Below, one piece after another: positions 55,159 through 59,404 of a stretch of 59,404 nt of DNA. This DNA is from a virus (Duplodnaviria > Caudoviricetes): positions 1 to 59,404 of the IMG/VR virus record IMGVR_UViG_3300010048_000011, one strand, 5' to 3'. Position 1 is the stretch's first letter, and each line of letters starts with the position of its first letter. Made by a program: the position numbers and the translations under genes. Under the pieces are notes generated by a model, which saw nothing but the letters and a program-made list of their open reading frames with translations, searched no databases and was not told the DNA's origin.

Positions 55159-55710
55159 CTAGGTAGGAGTTTCGCTTGGCCGCTGCGTAACTAGCTGCTG
55201 CTGGTCGTAGGGCAAGCCATCCGGAAGTTGCATCGCCATCGTGCACAATGCGGCAATGTGCAGCAGTAGCTGCGCCTTGGTCCAACTTGCGTTAGCTGTA
55301 GGTACGTGCATGCCCACTGTTCTCGGCGAGAGGTGAAGTGAAATTTCGGTCGCCTCTCCGTAGCAGTTCTGGCACGGCGTCAAGATCTTTTGCCGCCTCG
55401 TCGGCTGGAGGTAGTCCAGTTCCAGACGTTGTCCCGAGAGCTGTTCGATGATCGTGTCTCGGAAGTCAACGCCAACATCGATGATTTCTTGCAGCGCGCC
55501 GAGATCGGCATCGAACTCATCTCCCGATGGCGACTTGAATCGCACATGCCCCATACACAGGGTTACTTCCAGCGTATAGGGCTGCCCGTTCATCGATAGG
55601 ACTCCGATGAGGTGCCGCGTCTGTTTTCCTATGGGGGAAACCACATGCGCGTTCACGGGCTCCGGCGCTTCTGGTGGTTCCGACGTGGTGGCGTCGTCTG
55701 GCATGGACAT
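55159..55710 (-). CDS. Hypothetical protein
   Basis: TGATG coupling; long ORF. Confidence 0.55.
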   Translation of the reverse strand: MSMPDDATTSEPPEAPEPVNAHVVSPIGKQTRHLIGVLSMNGQPYTLEVTLCMGHVRFKSPSGDEFDADLGALQEIIDVGVDFRDTIIEQLSGQRLELDYLQPTRRQKILTPCQNCYGEATEISLHLSPRTVGMHVPTANASWTKAQLLLHIAALCTMAMQLPDGLPYDQQQLVTQRPSETPT

Positions 55711-56140
55711 CAGCGTCCCGTTCTGTAGGTAGTGTCGGGCTGGCGAGCAATATGGGCGGCACGAAACAGGACGTGCACGAGTAGATCGACGTCACCGGCC
55801 GTGTACCAGAGCGCTGGGTGACCGGGAGTGAGCATGGCCGTCCAGCCCGGAACCGCGCCGACCTGCGTGTAGCCGTCTGATCGCTCAGCGCCGTCCCAGC
55901 GGCTCACCGGCACCAGTCCGGGTTCCGGGCGAGACAGATCCAGCGGCGGGCTACCCAGCGACAGGGCGGGCATGGTGGTGGTCGGAGTGTCATCAGCCTC
56001 GTACAGCCGGTGACGACCAGGCGTGACGATCACCGCGTCCACCAGGGCTTGCCCGGCTGCTTGCGACGCCTGTTCCAGACGATGACCCATCCGGCGGCCG
56101 GGACCAGGAGCAGCGGGACTAGCAGCAGTTCCCAGATCAT
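55710..56140 (-). CDS. Two small hypothetical genes (56030-56140 TM peptide; 55710-~56042)
   Basis: Overlapping ORFs divergent from the XRE gene; starts uncertain. Confidence 0.4.
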
Positions 56141-56484
56141 CGGCGGGACCTCGTGGGCATCTGCTTGCGACGATTCGCCAGGTAGGTGTGTGCCATGCCA
56201 ATGGCGAACACGATCAGCAGCGCGCCCATCACCCCCAGCGCGGTCCCGAGACCCCATCCCGTCAGCGGGGGGTTGTAGACAGCAGCCAGATACACAACAA
56301 GCCTCCTTGTGGAGTCATCCCCGTTACTGCGCTTGCCCCCGATGCAAGATTCTCGTGCATCACGTTCATCATCGGCAACGTTGATGCGTTAGGCGCATCG
56401 GGTGAATCAGAGTTTTGGGTCTTGTGCCGTAGACTGCGGGGCGTTGGCGCCTGTGAGAGCTGAGGGGCACGTGCTGTGGTGAGG

Positions 56485-57336
56485 ATGAGCGCGAAGCGCA
56501 AGCGACTGGGCAATCTGTTGTCTGAGACGCGCAACGCGGCGGGCCTGTCTCAGCGCGACCTAGCTGCCCTAGCAGGGTGTGCACAGAGTGACATCTCGCG
56601 TCTTGAGACCGGGGTCGCCGAACCTACGATGAAGAATCTGCATCCGCTACTCGTTGCTATGCAAATTCAGGGTGACACGTTGGTTCGCTTCATGGCGTTG
56701 ATGCAAGATGTGGATGCCCCCGGGTGGACTCCGCTTACGCTGCCTGAGTTTGATGAATACGCCAAAGCGCATCTTGACATTGAGCAACACGCGCGTGAGG
56801 TTGTCGCCGTCGAACATAGTCTTGTGCCCGGCTTGCTTCAGATTCGTGACTACATTGCAGCAATCATGCTTTCGGCTGGTATTGGGCGAGCAGACGTCCT
56901 CACGCGAACAGGCACTAGGATTATGCGCGCCGAGGTAATTACTCGAAACGAGACACCAACGCATCTCACTGCTTATATAGGCGAGGCAGCTTTTCATTGG
57001 ATCGTGGGTGGCCCGCGTGTGATGGTCGACCAGATTCTCCATATAGGGGAGCTTTCTAAACGACCGAATATACACGTGCGCATCGTGCCATTCGCGGCAG
57101 GTTTTAACCGGGCACTGGACGGTGCATTCACGTTGTTCGACAGTGATTTCGTGCAGGTAGAGACGCAAGAATCGGGAATCCTACTCCACGAGTTGCACGA
57201 TATCGAGGTCTACCGCAGGTCTATCAATGCGGTTGATAAAGTGGCGTTGAGCGAGGATGAATCACGTGCGTTCCTCGCGAACTGTCGAGCTAAATTGGAG
57301 AAAAACAACGATGAACAAACAGTCCGTCTGGCGTAA
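56485..57336 (+). CDS. XRE-HTH + DUF5753 regulator (WhiJ/Scr1-like)
   Basis: 'RNAAGLSQRDLA..ISRLETG', 'LVPGLLQ..Y', 'IGEAA..VGG..VM..Q', 'RIVPF'. Confidence 0.9.
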   Translation: MSAKRKRLGNLLSETRNAAGLSQRDLAALAGCAQSDISRLETGVAEPTMKNLHPLLVAMQIQGDTLVRFMALMQDVDAPGWTPLTLPEFDEYAKAHLDIEQHAREVVAVEHSLVPGLLQIRDYIAAIMLSAGIGRADVLTRTGTRIMRAEVITRNETPTHLTAYIGEAAFHWIVGGPRVMVDQILHIGELSKRPNIHVRIVPFAAGFNRALDGAFTLFDSDFVQVETQESGILLHELHDIEVYRRSINAVDKVALSEDESRAFLANCRAKLEKNNDEQTVRLA

Positions 57337-57499
57337 GTCGTCACGCTCCGGTAGTGGCTCTGGTTGTGTCGAGATATACAAGACGCTGACTGGTGTTCGT
57401 GACAGCAAGAACCCGGACGGTCCCGTGCTACGTCTCGCCGATGCGAACACCCTTGCTGCCTTTGTGCGTGCTGCGCCGTCTTTCCGTCCCCTGCCCTGA
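57311..57499 (+). CDS. DUF397 protein
   Basis: 'WRKSSRS....CVE....VRDSKNP.GPVL'. Confidence 0.9.
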   Translation: MNKQSVWRKSSRSGSGSGCVEIYKTLTGVRDSKNPDGPVLRLADANTLAAFVRAAPSFRPLP

Positions 57500-57633
57500 T
57501 CCGCACCAGCTCGAAACGCCTTCTACCCAGCCAAGGGTGAAGGCGTTTCGTGTTTGTACGGCCTGTTGCGTGCTGATCGACATCGTGTAGCCTCGCTGCG
57601 CCGGACCGGGGAACCCGCACAGAAGGTGAGTAC

Positions 57634-57899
57634 ATGCCAACACCACGAATCCCGCCACGGGGACCGGCCGACCCCACGACGTCCACGGCCGCTGTACCGG
57701 ATGTCATCGAGTCGGCCATGCAGGAGCGCGGGATGCGGGACACGCTACGGCCTGGTCCCGAAGAGACTGGTGATCCCGGCTCTACGGACCGATGAGCATT
57801 GTCATGCCGACTGTTGGTATCGAGGAGATCGCGTTTCGCTATCTGTATCCGAGCCGACGGGCCAAGTTAATCGCGTGGCTCGCCACTAATTACCTGTAG
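57634..57899 (+). CDS. Two coupled small ORFs (57634-57795, 57792-57899)
   Basis: AAGGTGAG RBS; ATGA overlap; end before a terminator. Confidence 0.45.
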
Positions 57900-57926
57900 T
57901 ACACACATTCTTCACCTCCACCTGAA

Positions 57927-57981
57927 TACACGTGTCCCCCGGTCCGAGCGCCTAACTCTGAGTACCGGGGGATTTCGTGTG
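57927..57981. terminator. Hairpin between convergent small genes
   Basis: ACACG..TCCCCCGGT...ACCGGGGGA..CGTGT. Confidence 0.55.
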
Positions 57982-57986
57982 TCTAG

Positions 57987-58151
57987 CTAGTGCTTAGGAT
58001 TCGTACACTCTGAACCTAGCTGAGCCACCCCTGTGCCACTCGTAAGGTCAAAACTCACGGTAGTCTTGTATTTGTGGTTTCCCGACTGTGAACTGTCTGA
58101 GCAGCTACAGCTACCACAATCTTGTTTCACGTCGTTCACTGTCTGGCACAC
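57987..58151 (-). CDS. 54-aa Cys-rich microprotein (paralog 2)
   Basis: TAAGGA RBS and GTG; MCQTVNDVKQDCGSCSCSDSSQSGN...ECTNPKH. Confidence 0.7.
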   Translation of the reverse strand: MCQTVNDVKQDCGSCSCSDSSQSGNHKYKTTVSFDLTSGTGVAQLGSECTNPKH

Positions 58152-58163
58152 TCGAAGCCGTCC

Positions 58164-58334
58164 TTAGCTGTGATTAGAGTTCGTGCACCCTATACGGATG
58201 TGCTGGAAATCACTGTCCCGCTCGGTAGGTATCGCGACTCCTCCCAATGTGCAGTTGCCCGCTTGCGCACTGGTACCACAGCCGCATTTTCCGCAGTCTT
58301 GCGTTACTTCGCCCTTCTTATTCCTCTGGCACAC
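58164..58334 (-). CDS. 56-aa Cys-rich microprotein (paralog 1)
   Basis: GAAAGG RBS and GTG; MCQRNKKGEVTQDCGKCGCGTSAQAGN...GCTNSNHS. Confidence 0.7.
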   Translation of the reverse strand: MCQRNKKGEVTQDCGKCGCGTSAQAGNCTLGGVAIPTERDSDFQHIRIGCTNSNHS

Positions 58335-58412
58335 GTAAAACCTTTCCGTCGGTTGATCGTGTGCGCGGCACAGTAGCAGCACCCCCGCCAAACCTGTCAA
58401 CGTAGGAGGTTG

Positions 58413-59404
58413 TTGGGCGCAGCAGTAGCTATCCCCCGTGAAGACATCCGCAAAGCTCGTGACGACCTCGGCATCTTCGCCAAAGTGATCGGGTGGCCGA
58501 TGGAGCCCTGGCAGCTCGAAGCCATGGCCAGCAAGACCCGTCAGGTCGTCCTCATCTCTCCCCGGCAGTGCGGTAAATCCCGGTCCCTATCAATCTTGGC
58601 CACCTGGACGGCGTTCCGTAAGCCCAAGCAGATGATCTTGCTCGTGAGTGCTGGTGAGGAAGCCGCTGGCCGTCTGCTCAGGACAATTCGAGACATCACA
58701 CAGCATCCGCTGCTACAGGGCTCCATTGTGGACGAGACGCAGCACCGTGTGGTTCTGAGCAATGGCAGCGAGATTCGCAGCGTCCCCGCGTCTGACCGTC
58801 AGGTCCGTGGCTGGTCGGTCGACCTGCTGATCGTCGACGAGGCCGCTTTCGTGTCCGAGGACTTGCTTGTGTCCGCAGCTCTACCGACGACGGCGGCCCG
58901 GCCGGACGCACAGATCGTGCTTGCCTCTAGTCCGTGGGGTGACGCAGGACCGTTCTACCAGTTGGCCGTCCAAGGCATGACCGGCGACAACCCGCACATC
59001 TCCACACACAGGTGGAAGCTGGCCGACGCCTGGTGGATCTCGGAAGCGGTTATTGAGGCAGCCCGCGCGACGATGAGTCCCCTGCGCTTCCGCGCTGAGT
59101 ATGAGGGTGAGTTCGTGACGTCCGGCGACTCGTACTTTGATCGGGAAGACATCCTTGCGTGCACGGCGGACTACCCACTTCGGAGAGACGGCGACAAGAT
59201 GCCGGGGGCGTTGGGACTGGACTGGGGTCGCCAGCAGGACGCGCACGCGATTGCCTTGGTAGGGCTCATGGATGATTACGGCATCAACGTCACACCGACG
59301 CTGATCGTGCCGTGGATCGAGACCAGCCGACGGCCATATGGCCAGCAGGTAGCGGAAGTGGAGTCACTGAGTCGATTGTGGACGTTGAACATTCGCACAG
59401 AAAC
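58413..59404 (+). CDS. terL: Terminase large subunit (3' truncated by the window)
   Basis: AGGAGG-TTG-TTG; 'PWQ', SPRQCGKS, LLIVDEAAF, LASSP, 'FRAEYEGEF', GLDWG. Confidence 0.93.
   Translation, partial: MGAAVAIPREDIRKARDDLGIFAKVIGWPMEPWQLEAMASKTRQVVLISPRQCGKSRSLSILATWTAFRKPKQMILLVSAGEEAAGRLLRTIRDITQHPLLQGSIVDETQHRVVLSNGSEIRSVPASDRQVRGWSVDLLIVDEAAFVSEDLLVSAALPTTAARPDAQIVLASSPWGDAGPFYQLAVQGMTGDNPHISTHRWKLADAWWISEAVIEAARATMSPLRFRAEYEGEFVTSGDSYFDREDILACTADYPLRRDGDKMPGALGLDWGRQQDAHAIALVGLMDDYGINVTPTLIVPWIETSRRPYGQQVAEVESLSRLWTLNIRTE

Noticed and set aside
57985-58400. Large ncRNA (pRNA-like) upstream of terL
   Set aside because: Some stems can be drawn, but the region is better explained by two homologous minus-strand ORFs with RBSs
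1-59404. tRNA/rRNA genes, transposases, or a reverse transcriptase/DGR
   Set aside because: No cloverleaf with T/D-loop consensus, DDE transposase, RT motif or TR/VR pair recognised by eye; tRNAscan and HMM searches would be needed to exclude them fully

Overview
A large, apparently permuted portion of a high-GC temperate siphovirus-like phage of an actinomycete host. Evidence for the host includes an XRE-DUF5753/DUF397 pair, a large serine integrase and actinophage-type genes. Gene order: tail module (1-10.7 kb), lysis cassette with cargo and a late tail fibre (10.7-15.4 kb), an intact attP-like site with integrase and immunity switch (17.5-20.5 kb), then a rightward early/replication operon (20.8-40.1 kb). 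That operon ends in one ~1860-aa primase-helicase-DNA polymerase A fusion carrying a class 3 intein. Next come a leftward operon (42.4-52 kb), a non-coding probable genome-end region, a putative terS, an accessory insert and the start of terL. Portal and capsid genes are not in the window. Main discoveries: (1) an ~8 kb array of small leftward genes separated by 14 related ~80-nt strand-specific double-hairpin elements, each running from the upstream stop codon to an AGUCAAGGAGGU ribosome-binding site; (2) repeated use of CTG and other non-canonical start codons for core genes; (3) two unannotated paralogous Cys-rich microproteins before terL; (4) a dispersed 10-bp tandem operator motif; (5) a +1 UUU-CGU frameshift candidate in the tail chaperone. 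All family assignments come from motif recognition by eye, not from database searches.
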